Shown here: piece by piece, positions 27,046-35,750 of the stretch
Position numbering within the stretch: the first letter of the stretch is position 1
Layout: each line of letters starts with the position of its first letter
From: a virus
Reading direction: 5' to 3' (one strand)
Virus record (IMG/VR): IMGVR_UViG_3300032323_000670
Span: 32,001-96,000 of that record
Length of the DNA stretch: 64,000 bases
Program-made: the position numbers and the translations under genes
Notes under the pieces: generated by a model
What the model saw: the letters and a program-made list of their open reading frames with translations, nothing else
The model's database searches: none
Told to the model about the DNA's origin: nothing

Positions 27046-27545
27046 CAAGAGAAGATTTTAGCAGAAGAGTAGAGAAGCGGATTGACCTAATCCGCCAGAC
27101 TCTACTAACTAAGCATAAAGAATATGCTGCAGATGATAATGTATTCAGAAACTTTGATGAAGCTGCGGGGGGATTATCCCTCCACAGCACATCAGCTGAA
27201 GTTCTCTGGAGTTACATGACCAAGCATTTAGTTTCTATAAAAGATATAGTATCTGACGATACACCTGTTACAAATGAGGTAGTGTCTGAGAAGATTGGAG
27301 ATGTAATTAACTATCTTATCTTACTAGAAGCTATGTTAAATGAGAAAGGTGAAAGACACTGTAAGCTTAAAGAAGCATACTCCAAGCATAAGCTCTATAA
27401 TAAATCTGCGGATAGATTGTCTATGTGGACTAGTGACTATACTAAGAACACGGACATGCTAGGCTTAGTCAATATGACTAAGAATGGTAGTGATAAGGAC
27501 ATAGACAAAATCAATTATAATACTAACGGAGATAAAGGATACTAA
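27042..27545 (+). CDS. All-alpha NTP pyrophosphatase-like (MazG/DUF1599-type) protein
   Basis: K.KEYA..DNVFRNF...KHL.SI.D...EKIGDVINYLILL. Confidence 0.6.
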   Translation: MTREDFSRRVEKRIDLIRQTLLTKHKEYAADDNVFRNFDEAAGGLSLHSTSAEVLWSYMTKHLVSIKDIVSDDTPVTNEVVSEKIGDVINYLILLEAMLNEKGERHCKLKEAYSKHKLYNKSADRLSMWTSDYTKNTDMLGLVNMTKNGSDKDIDKINYNTNGDKGY

Positions 27546-27928
27546 TGAAGAAGTATATTAATATGGTAGCGGAATTCCATACCGCGTTTAACATGCCAGA
27601 CCCACAAGATTACAAACAACTAGGTAAGCAACAATATGAGTTACGTCACAGACTTGCAGAAGAAGAGAATAACGAGTACCTTCAAGCTTGTAACTCTGAT
27701 GATTTGGTGGGTATTGCAGATGCTCTTGGTGACCAGCTTTATATCATTTACGGGACTATTCTTAAGCATGGCTTACAAGACCGGATTGAAGAAGTATTTG
27801 AAGAGATCCACAGATCCAACATGAGTAAGCTAGATGAAAATGGAAAACCCATCCTACGAGAAGATGGGAAGATCCTTAAGGGTAAGAATTACTTTAAGCC
27901 TAATATCCTAAAGATACTAGACGTTTAA
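27545..27928 (+). CDS. MazG-like/PRA-PH nucleoside triphosphate pyrophosphohydrolase
   Basis: VAEFH..F...EEENNEY...IADALGDQLY...EIHRSNMSKL...DGKILK. Confidence 0.85.
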   Translation: MKKYINMVAEFHTAFNMPDPQDYKQLGKQQYELRHRLAEEENNEYLQACNSDDLVGIADALGDQLYIIYGTILKHGLQDRIEEVFEEIHRSNMSKLDENGKPILREDGKILKGKNYFKPNILKILDV

Positions 27929-28062
27929 CCCTGACCTTTGTAACTTTTCTTGTATAACTTACTAGTTTTCAATCTACTAGTTTTGGTTTTAGAATGTACT
28001 CCAGGGCGACTAACCTTAGTTCCCTTGGGTGCATTGCTACTTGCTGTTGCTAATTTAGCCAT
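27925..28062 (-). CDS. Small highly basic peptide (not in the ORF track)
   Basis: Hand-translated 45 aa MAKLATASSNAPKGTKVSRPGVHSKTKTSRLKTSKLYKKSYKGQG; TAATG-coupled to the upstream ORF. Confidence 0.7.
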   Translation of the reverse strand: MAKLATASSNAPKGTKVSRPGVHSKTKTSRLKTSKLYKKSYKGQG

Positions 28063-28178
28063 TACTTTTTCTTTTTGGTTTGTTTTGTGTTTCCTCCTAG
28101 TTTAAATGGTACTAGGTTTTGAGGTTTGTTCTTTAACGCTCCCCAGTTACCAGCTGCTTTGTTAGGATTCTTTTTCAT
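28062..28178 (-). CDS. Small basic peptide (not in the ORF track)
   Basis: Hand-translated 38 aa MKKNPNKAAGNWGALKNKPQNLVPFKLGGNTKQTKKKK; ATGA/TAATG coupling on both sides. Confidence 0.65.
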   Translation of the reverse strand: MKKNPNKAAGNWGALKNKPQNLVPFKLGGNTKQTKKKK

Positions 28179-28324
28179 GATCCACAGTATAAACAGTCAT
28201 CATCAGCATCCTCACTTTCTCCAGCCAGTATTCTTTTAATCTCCTCATCTATCTGCTCCTCATTCCAGTTAGGATGGAAGGCTTTTACCTGAGCTCTTAA
28301 AAATTGAGATTGATTGTCACTCAT
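28175..28324 (-). CDS. Small acidic peptide ending in CLYCGS
   Basis: 49 aa from MSDNQSQ; the start lies 1 nt after the upstream stop. Confidence 0.65.
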   Translation of the reverse strand: MSDNQSQFLRAQVKAFHPNWNEEQIDEEIKRILAGESEDADDDCLYCGS

Positions 28325-28325
28325 C

Positions 28326-28511
28326 TTAGCACATCCCTTTAGATCCACCACGCATAAGCTTCTGAAATTCATTCTTAGCTACAATATTATCTAAGGTAGA
28401 ATTCTTATTAGCTCCACCCATTGAAAGCTTCATGCTAGATTTCTTTGAGTTAACTTTCTTACCCATCATATCCACCATGCTCATTCCTTTTTTCTCAAGT
28501 TTGTTTTTCAT
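28326..28511 (-). CDS. Small Met/Lys-rich peptide with two xxxGG motifs
   Basis: 61 aa MKNKLEKKG...KLSMGG...KLMRGGSKGMC. Confidence 0.65.
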   Translation of the reverse strand: MKNKLEKKGMSMVDMMGKKVNSKKSSMKLSMGGANKNSTLDNIVAKNEFQKLMRGGSKGMC

Positions 28512-28513
28512 AA

Positions 28514-28978
28514 TCAGTTTGTTACTATAAGTATACTTAATAAAAATACGGAGATTCCTCCAAATATCCAATTGTTTCTTCTAGAAGTCTGTAGTTTATT
28601 CTGTGTTATCTCTATTGAGTCTCTTGCTCCTACCAAGTCTGATTGTAGAATAAAGTTTCTATCAAGGCACTCTGTTGTTCTCTCGTTTGCTGCATCCAGG
28701 TATCCAGCCATCTTTTTGATTTCAAACTCCTTATCAAGAAGGCGGAGTTCTTGGGTCTTAATGATCTTGTCTTTACCTGCAATACTTTTCTGCAAGTAGT
28801 CATAGTCCACAATAGATTTAAGCAAGAGCTCCTCTTGTTTATCTGTGAAGAAGATACCTTTGGTGTCATTATACTTAATTCTTTGGGGAGTAAGCTGCCC
28901 ATATGCGGTCACGCTGCTCATCAGTTGCGTTAGGGATAATAGCAATAACAATATCCCGATTACCTTTGTCTTTGTCAT
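28514..28978 (-). CDS. Spanin-like membrane protein
   Basis: Signal-like N-terminus, coiled coil, C-terminal TM; in the lysis cassette. Confidence 0.55.
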   Translation of the reverse strand: MTKTKVIGILLLLLSLTQLMSSVTAYGQLTPQRIKYNDTKGIFFTDKQEELLLKSIVDYDYLQKSIAGKDKIIKTQELRLLDKEFEIKKMAGYLDAANERTTECLDRNFILQSDLVGARDSIEITQNKLQTSRRNNWIFGGISVFLLSILIVTN

Positions 28979-29240
28979 CTTGTTTGTTTATAGTGTTTAT
29001 ACTGTTAACTCTTTGAATATCAACAATTTCCAAACTATCTTGAAGAATCTTAAGCTTTAATGAATCTACTAAGATACTATCTTGTACGGCATCAGCATAA
29101 GCTTGACGCTTAAGGTCCTCTATCTTAAGATCTTTTACCTTATTCTTATATTGTAATATTGCGATAAAGGTTACAATTGCTACAAGAGCTACTATAACAG
29201 CTATATCACTGTACAGCTTCTTCAGTTGGCGGCTTGTCAT
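28875..29240 (-). CDS. i-spanin (Rz)-like protein
   Basis: N-terminal TM + coiled coil, overlaps the downstream gene by about 100 nt. Confidence 0.55.
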   Translation of the reverse strand: MTSRQLKKLYSDIAVIVALVAIVTFIAILQYKNKVKDLKIEDLKRQAYADAVQDSILVDSLKLKILQDSLEIVDIQRVNSINTINKQDDKDKGNRDIVIAIIPNATDEQRDRIWAAYSPKN

Positions 29241-29487
29241 TGGCATCTTCTTTAGATTTAAACGGTATATTCATTTTTTGTGTAAAGACTCCCTCTATCA
29301 TAGTACCTACAAATACCCCACCACCTATGAACATAATGGTGTTATACATGTACTCTGGAGTTTTGTACTCTGAGAATGTAGCTATCCATGCTAAGGCAGA
29401 CCCTGTAAGAATACAGTAGAGACCTACAAGTCTTTTAGAACTCTGGTCTCCGTCTTTACTTAATATGGATAGGATCCACTTTTTCAT
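29206..29487 (-). CDS. Holin-like 2-TM protein
   Basis: SSKR followed by two TM segments and a charged tail; in the lysis cassette. Confidence 0.55.
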   Translation of the reverse strand: MKKWILSILSKDGDQSSKRLVGLYCILTGSALAWIATFSEYKTPEYMYNTIMFIGGGVFVGTMIEGVFTQKMNIPFKSKEDANDKPPTEEAVQ

Positions 29488-29654
29488 TTCTTTAATTCTT
29501 TAATAGTGTCGTTGCACTCTTCCAGTCTTTTAATAAGTCTTTCTTTTTCAGCTCTATCTCTTTTCCAGTATTGCCATAGTATAAATCCCATTGCTAAGGT
29601 CATTATTCCTAATGCTCCAAAGTCTATTAGTCTTTCTATAAACGCTTGTTCCAT
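29484..29654 (-). CDS. Holin-like 1-TM + coiled-coil protein (not in the ORF track)
   Basis: Hand-translated 56 aa MEQAFIERLIDFGALGIMTLAMGFILWQYWKRDRAEKERLIKRLEECNDTIKELKK, directly after the endolysin. Confidence 0.6.
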   Translation of the reverse strand: MEQAFIERLIDFGALGIMTLAMGFILWQYWKRDRAEKERLIKRLEECNDTIKELKK

Positions 29655-29655
29655 T

Positions 29656-30201
29656 TTAAAATTCTCTTAGTAATGTATACGTAAATGTCTTTTTACCAGA
29701 TGCTTTACAAGCTGCAATCAATGTACCATATTGCTTAGGATCATTAAGTACTTGACATCCTGCTGACCACTTATCTATAATACTAGAGATAGCTGATGGG
29801 TTAGCGCGGTGTATGTTAATACCAAATAGACCGGTATCCTCTTTACCTTGCTCTTCAGCAGTATCATCTTTGTCACCATCACGGTATACAGTTACAGGTT
29901 TACGTTGTACTAATGCTTCATACTTACCTTGGTGTAATCCTAATTGGTAAGCATCTACGTATTGTCCTGGCTTTAATACTGCTGTACCTTTTGGGTTCAG
30001 TAAGTTCTTCAACCAGTGTGTACCTGGGTTAGTTGTACCAGAAAATATCTGTTGCATTGGACCATTGATCAAGTAGATATGATCATCAAACTTGTTCTTC
30101 TCATTAGCTTTAGACCTGATACCTACAACATGTAGGGTTGGCCATTGATAACCGAATCTAGCAAATTCTGCTTCTAGTTCTGTGTAAGAATACTTTTTCA
30201 T
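29656..30201 (-). CDS. Putative endolysin, L,D-transpeptidase (YkuD)-like Cys peptidase
   Basis: GINIHRA...WSAGCQV (His...S.GC catalytic motif); precedes holin/spanin-like genes. Confidence 0.7.
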   Translation of the reverse strand: MKKYSYTELEAEFARFGYQWPTLHVVGIRSKANEKNKFDDHIYLINGPMQQIFSGTTNPGTHWLKNLLNPKGTAVLKPGQYVDAYQLGLHQGKYEALVQRKPVTVYRDGDKDDTAEEQGKEDTGLFGINIHRANPSAISSIIDKWSAGCQVLNDPKQYGTLIAACKASGKKTFTYTLLREF

Positions 30202-33200
30202 TATTTAATAGTTTGTATAGTTTCCATGTTTTTCAATCTCTGAATAGGATCCACCTGTGTACCAGTAAGACCAAAGAAGCTCTTAAGAAAATAGTTTGCT
30301 AGCTTAAGTCCGCCTTCATCTTGCCAAGCATATGGTCCAACAGACTTATCATAATAAGCACCTTCATCACCTGTCACTAACATCCAAGCTCCATTAATTA
30401 TCTTAACATAGTTAGTAATAGTATTACCAAATGCTATAGAGTCCATATTTAAAATGTTCTTGTAGTCATCTAAACCGTACCCTGGCCAAGGAATGAATGC
30501 TGTGTTCTCATTCAGTGTTGCTTTAGTTAAGAAGAGTAAGTGATTAGACATATAACCTGATAAGTTAAACTCTGTTCCTTGCTCTCTTGTCCAAGGTAAT
30601 GGTAAGAATCCAGACTTAGCTTTTAGTTTTTTGAAACGGTCTTCATCATCCTCATCATAATTAAACAAAAGTTTGATTAGTACACCCGCCATGATTGATA
30701 CTACAAGCTCAGTTAGCATCTTCTTCATAGCTACTTTTTCATGCGGCAACATGAATTTAAAATCTCTACCTAATGTTTTGATACCTCTTACAAGATATGC
30801 TATAGATGCTGTGTAATAACCCAGTTGCATTTGATTTGCTCCAACATCCCATCTAGCTTCAGGTTCTAAGAAGTTACCTCTGTATCCCCATCTGTTTATA
30901 AACATACCCACAAAGAAGCGCTTAAGGAAAGACATTGTACGGAATACAAGATATCTATCTCCCATACTTCTATCATATGATGCATATGCTCCATTCAACC
31001 TTCGGTTGGTAGACTGAATCTTTTTGCGCATCATTTTGTACTTCTTACCACCTACACCCCATTCAGGATCAATACCCTCTTTAAGTTGTATCTGACCATC
31101 TTTAACTTCCCAAGCTTCTATATAAGGAATAGTTTTAGTAACTCCGTTTATAGTTTGCTCTACAGTTTGATGGTGCATCATACCTCCAAATAAACCTAGA
31201 GTAGCATTCATCTGTGTCCACTCTCTGGTATTAGTTAACCAGCTCCTGGACATGAAGTCTTTTGCAAATGTTCTAGATATACCTTCAGTCATCTTACCTT
31301 TTCTACTATCTAACATCTTCTGGTCAGGATCAAACAGTTCATACATCTGAACGTTTAATGACTTAGGACCAAACTTATATATCTGAAAGCTTACTTCAGC
31401 TGCAGTAATATTACCAAACAAAGTTCCTTTAGCTAAGCTAGTAGGTGTAATTGCGTCACCTCCTGCAGATTCAATCATTGCCTGATACCTAGCACCAAAG
31501 GAGTTCTTAAGTGCAGAGTGTATATCTAATGCAAAGAAAGACATAGAGGATAATCCAAGAAGCTTATTAGTAATCTTGTTTAGTCCAACCATATCAACAG
31601 TTGCACCAGCTTGAGTCTTACCTTCAAACTCTCTTTCTATAAGTGAATTAATAACTTGAGCCCTTACTGAGTCACCCTTTTCAGTAGAAAAGCGCATAAC
31701 ACCTTTATTTAGAAAGTCTGACTTACTTGCTTTCTTCATGTTTCTGATAGCACCCTTCTTACCATTTACTACCTGTTGTAATGATCTTACTTCAGGACTA
31801 ATCTCAATAAGTTTCTTTTGTCTTTCCGCACTCTGCATATAACGCATCATACCTTGGAGAACGTCTTCAGATGCTTCCTCTGGTGTGAAATCATACTTAC
31901 CTGTAATAGGAATATCAGCCGTCTCATTATCAAATAAGTCTAGATTAACAAGTGCTACATCAGCCTGTGGAGGATAACCATCTTCCAAGTCATCTTTTGC
32001 TCTACTGAATGTTGCTTTAATATTACTTGCCCAAGATGATAGCTTAGTTCTAGCATCTCCATTTAACATAGTCTCACTAAACTCTTTACGGTATCTAGGT
32101 ATGTATACACCTAGTTTAGCATTTGCGTTAAGACCTTCTTGGTTCTCTAAGTGATAATACAAAAGTTTATTAATCAGGTTAAACTGATTTAAGTTACGTG
32201 ATTTAATGTTATAGTACTCTTCATTGCGGTACTTACCATTAGCTTTCGGTAACCATTTACCATTATGATCCACAGTAGCAAGTGAAAGATCTCCCTTATC
32301 AAGGGCTTCCTTCATTGTAACTTTTTTAGTCTTGTAGATTTCTTTAACGTCTCTCTTAAAGTAGTTAATGTTTGGTACTACACCCCGTAGAGTTTCTGTT
32401 ACCTTACCTGTTTCATCTAAGATATCTGTGTTCTCAAGATAGCTAGGATCATAGGGTACAGTAATACTCCATGCGGCAGTTCTTTTATATCTTCTTACTT
32501 GTTTACCATTAGGCATGTAGTACTCTTGTAAAACATGGTTAGCTAAGAACCAAGCTTTGAACTTAGAGCTCTGCTCCATCATCATATCAGCTATCTCAGG
32601 TTCAAGTAAACTATCTACAGTATTTACATCAAACTCACTTATGTTAAGAAGCTCTTTAAGTTTCTTAAGATCAATAGAATCTTTAGGATCTTCACCAGCT
32701 TTAAGAAACTCGTTTACTCTATCTACATAGTGTGTGGTAGCTCTCTTACTAGAAAGTTCTCCTAGTTGTTTTCTTATATCTCTAAGCTCATCAATCTCAC
32801 CGTCAGTAAGACCTAAGTTGTTTCTTCTATCTTGTATCTCATGATAAGCTTTCGCTCTTGCTGTATCCTCAAGAGGATTTACTTTACTATAACCTAATTG
32901 GAATAGTCCAAGTTCTTCATCAAATCTATCTAGGAATTCTTGATCAGATCTACTTATACCTTGTAAAGTAGTTAAGTCATCCTTGATTAATTCATACTCA
33001 GCTTCTAACTCTTGAATTTTCTTAAGCTTTGCAGGAGTCATTATACTAGCATCAGGTTGACCGTTATCATCACGGAATCCACCCAGCTGTTTGTATAACT
33101 CATCAAGTACTTCAATAGATCTTATATCAGCCTGCTTATCTTTTGGTAGCTGACTGAGTATTTCTTTCATCCTGTCAACAAGCGTTCTGCGCTTTTCATA

Positions 33201-35750
33201 GTAGGATGGTTTGATCTTTACTACAGTATTTCTATTAATCCAGTCTTGACGCAATCTTCTAAATTCAGTATCACCATACTTTACAGCGGGGTTAGTATCT
33301 AAGATATACTGCTCATATGATTTGAGCGCACCTTGAAACATACCCTCTCTTTCATTCCACTGGTAATACTTATTAGTGACTTGTCTATGCTCAAGTAATC
33401 TCTGGGCAATGGCAAGGTCTTCTCCTTGTTTCATACTACCGTCAGGATTAGTAAGAGCATATAGTTCTTGGTATTCTCTCCAATAGATATTAAGTTCTGA
33501 TAGGTAGTCAGGGTCATTTCTCTCATCTGGACTATTAAGAGAAGCGTTATGGTTAGTAATCTTTTGAAGTATTAACCAACGTTTATTATAAGCCTTTTTA
33601 CCAATATCATCTTTTAGTAAGACCTCATCTTTCTCATACACCTCATCAGAGAAATCTCTATAGAATTCTCTCATCATCATCTCTCTTTCTATGTACAGTT
33701 TATCCAGCTCATCGCTGTTTCCTGTCTCCATTTGTTTAAGTTGAGCTTGTTTGATTTGTTCATTCTTTCTATCAAGCTCAATCTCATATCCTTTAACGTG
33801 GTGAATAAACGCACGTCTATCACGTTCTTCAAACTTACCCTCTTGAGTTCTTATACCCTGCTTGTCTATATAGCCAACTAAAGCCATAAGACCTTTTACA
33901 TCATTAGGATTATACCCAACTGCATCAGTAAGTTTTTTAATTTCTTGAACCTGCAGGTTGTATTTCTTCTGTACAGCATTCATTACATCAATGACATTGT
34001 CACTAATATAAGAAGCAAGACCAAACACAACAGGATCTTGTATATTCATATAAGCTTCTAACCAAGCACCAATAGCTCCGGTATCTCCCATCTCACCACC
34101 TAACCACTTCTTAAGAGTATCCTTGTTTACTTTAGCACCTTCATATTCTCTAAGGTAACGGTCAACAAGATCTTGTGGTGCGCCTTTCTTTTTAAGCTCA
34201 CTTATAATTTCATTATAGTGTCTATCTACCTCAAGGGATAGGGGTTCTAATACATTAGCAAGTAACTCAGATGAACCTTCAAGATTCATATTTTCTACAA
34301 GAGAGTCAGCAGTAGATAACTTAGCTTCTATACCACCAATAAGGTCAAGGATAGGACCAAGGACTTCTCCAGCTTCAGCAAATGCTTCACGAGATTCATC
34401 AAGGGTCTTCTTCCACTCATTGATTACTTGCTGGTAATAATAAAACTTTTTAACCTTAGTGGGGTCATTCTTACGCTTAGATAGCTCCTGCATGTGAAGA
34501 ACCATCTTTTCACTCATAGCTTTAATACTAAACATAGTATTTACATAAGCCCGGGCTCTAGCATCAGTATACTCAAGTAACTCTTCTGTACCTGTAAATC
34601 TATCATTAAGTTCTTTCTGAAATCCTTTAAGATTATTCATGATAACTTCAAAGTCAGAACCAGAGAATTGAGACTCTAATATAAGAGCCATCTCATCTAG
34701 ATTTTGGTTATCTTGAATACGTTTGATCTGAGTGCGTGCAGTACGGTAAATGTTATTGATACTCTCAGTAATAGCTATAGCACCTTCATCAGTCTTAGAC
34801 TTAACAAGAACATCATCAATGTATAGATTCTGGTCTTTAATGAAAGCAACAAAGTCAGCTTGATTCACAGAGTCTATCTTAAATTCTACAGCTGCCTCAG
34901 TGAATATCTTAGACAGGTCGTCCAAGGTGGTGTACTCAGAGAGTTCAGAGATATTGATCTTCTTATCCCCAGAGCTCTTACGTATGAACTGACGTAGATT
35001 GTACAGCATTTCTTTCAACCATTCAAGGAAGCCTTTAGATAAAGGTTTACCATCACGCTTAGCCATAGCGGATTTGGTGAGGGATTTTACTATCACTTCT
35101 TCCTTAAAGTAATCTGACTCAGGGTCTAGTCTCCCAAACCCCTCGGTAACCATATCAATCATCTGCATACCTTCCTCTGTCTTAGATAACTGTTCATACA
35201 GTTTACTAAACAATGCTGGGTTCTCTACAGCAATAGCTCTTACAAACGGGTGAGCAAACTCATGGAAAGCTGTCTCCATGTTTAATTTATCCTTGATAAA
35301 GTATACTTGACCTCCTACAAAGAATCCAGCCTCTCCGCTATATGGGGTACCCGATGCTTTTAATATCTCTAGAGCTTCTTCCTCATTGATCATATTATAT
35401 GCTATCCCGAGTCTTTGTGAGAAGCTACCTATAATAGCATCTAGTACAGCGTTACCTGAACTAGAGCTTATATCCATAGGACTTATGTTAATTGGATTAA
35501 AGATTGTATTAAAGATGGGTATTCTGGCAGCTAACTCTTTTAAGTTATCCATTTCTGTTTTACCAAAAGCATCTGGATTCTCTACGTCAGACTCCTCAGT
35601 ATATTCTCCGCGGGCCATAAGCTTTTCTATAACATCTTCTACATTACGGACTTCTCCATTGTTTTCCAAGAAGTCTTTATAGGCTTGATACTCACCTACT
35701 GCAGATACTAAGTCATTCCAATTTTTTCCTGCGGGACAGCTATTTATCAT
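30201..35750 (-). CDS. Giant virion-associated (ejected) protein, 1849 aa, with an N-terminal zincin-like domain
   Basis: FHEFAH...KEEV motif; mostly helical; hydrophobic C-terminal segment; ATGA-coupled to the vRNAP gene. Confidence 0.8.
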   Translation of the reverse strand: MINSCPAGKNWNDLVSAVGEYQAYKDFLENNGEVRNVEDVIEKLMARGEYTEESDVENPDAFGKTEMDNLKELAARIPIFNTIFNPINISPMDISSSSGNAVLDAIIGSFSQRLGIAYNMINEEEALEILKASGTPYSGEAGFFVGGQVYFIKDKLNMETAFHEFAHPFVRAIAVENPALFSKLYEQLSKTEEGMQMIDMVTEGFGRLDPESDYFKEEVIVKSLTKSAMAKRDGKPLSKGFLEWLKEMLYNLRQFIRKSSGDKKINISELSEYTTLDDLSKIFTEAAVEFKIDSVNQADFVAFIKDQNLYIDDVLVKSKTDEGAIAITESINNIYRTARTQIKRIQDNQNLDEMALILESQFSGSDFEVIMNNLKGFQKELNDRFTGTEELLEYTDARARAYVNTMFSIKAMSEKMVLHMQELSKRKNDPTKVKKFYYYQQVINEWKKTLDESREAFAEAGEVLGPILDLIGGIEAKLSTADSLVENMNLEGSSELLANVLEPLSLEVDRHYNEIISELKKKGAPQDLVDRYLREYEGAKVNKDTLKKWLGGEMGDTGAIGAWLEAYMNIQDPVVFGLASYISDNVIDVMNAVQKKYNLQVQEIKKLTDAVGYNPNDVKGLMALVGYIDKQGIRTQEGKFEERDRRAFIHHVKGYEIELDRKNEQIKQAQLKQMETGNSDELDKLYIEREMMMREFYRDFSDEVYEKDEVLLKDDIGKKAYNKRWLILQKITNHNASLNSPDERNDPDYLSELNIYWREYQELYALTNPDGSMKQGEDLAIAQRLLEHRQVTNKYYQWNEREGMFQGALKSYEQYILDTNPAVKYGDTEFRRLRQDWINRNTVVKIKPSYYEKRRTLVDRMKEILSQLPKDKQADIRSIEVLDELYKQLGGFRDDNGQPDASIMTPAKLKKIQELEAEYELIKDDLTTLQGISRSDQEFLDRFDEELGLFQLGYSKVNPLEDTARAKAYHEIQDRRNNLGLTDGEIDELRDIRKQLGELSSKRATTHYVDRVNEFLKAGEDPKDSIDLKKLKELLNISEFDVNTVDSLLEPEIADMMMEQSSKFKAWFLANHVLQEYYMPNGKQVRRYKRTAAWSITVPYDPSYLENTDILDETGKVTETLRGVVPNINYFKRDVKEIYKTKKVTMKEALDKGDLSLATVDHNGKWLPKANGKYRNEEYYNIKSRNLNQFNLINKLLYYHLENQEGLNANAKLGVYIPRYRKEFSETMLNGDARTKLSSWASNIKATFSRAKDDLEDGYPPQADVALVNLDLFDNETADIPITGKYDFTPEEASEDVLQGMMRYMQSAERQKKLIEISPEVRSLQQVVNGKKGAIRNMKKASKSDFLNKGVMRFSTEKGDSVRAQVINSLIEREFEGKTQAGATVDMVGLNKITNKLLGLSSMSFFALDIHSALKNSFGARYQAMIESAGGDAITPTSLAKGTLFGNITAAEVSFQIYKFGPKSLNVQMYELFDPDQKMLDSRKGKMTEGISRTFAKDFMSRSWLTNTREWTQMNATLGLFGGMMHHQTVEQTINGVTKTIPYIEAWEVKDGQIQLKEGIDPEWGVGGKKYKMMRKKIQSTNRRLNGAYASYDRSMGDRYLVFRTMSFLKRFFVGMFINRWGYRGNFLEPEARWDVGANQMQLGYYTASIAYLVRGIKTLGRDFKFMLPHEKVAMKKMLTELVVSIMAGVLIKLLFNYDEDDEDRFKKLKAKSGFLPLPWTREQGTEFNLSGYMSNHLLFLTKATLNENTAFIPWPGYGLDDYKNILNMDSIAFGNTITNYVKIINGAWMLVTGDEGAYYDKSVGPYAWQDEGGLKLANYFLKSFFGLTGTQVDPIQRLKNMETIQTIK

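Noticed and set aside
820-27190. Short - strand ORFs in the left arm (e.g. 6149, 8150, 14648, 15881, 25566)
   Set aside because: They overlap well-supported + strand genes and lack motifs; only 9159-9476 occupies its own gap.
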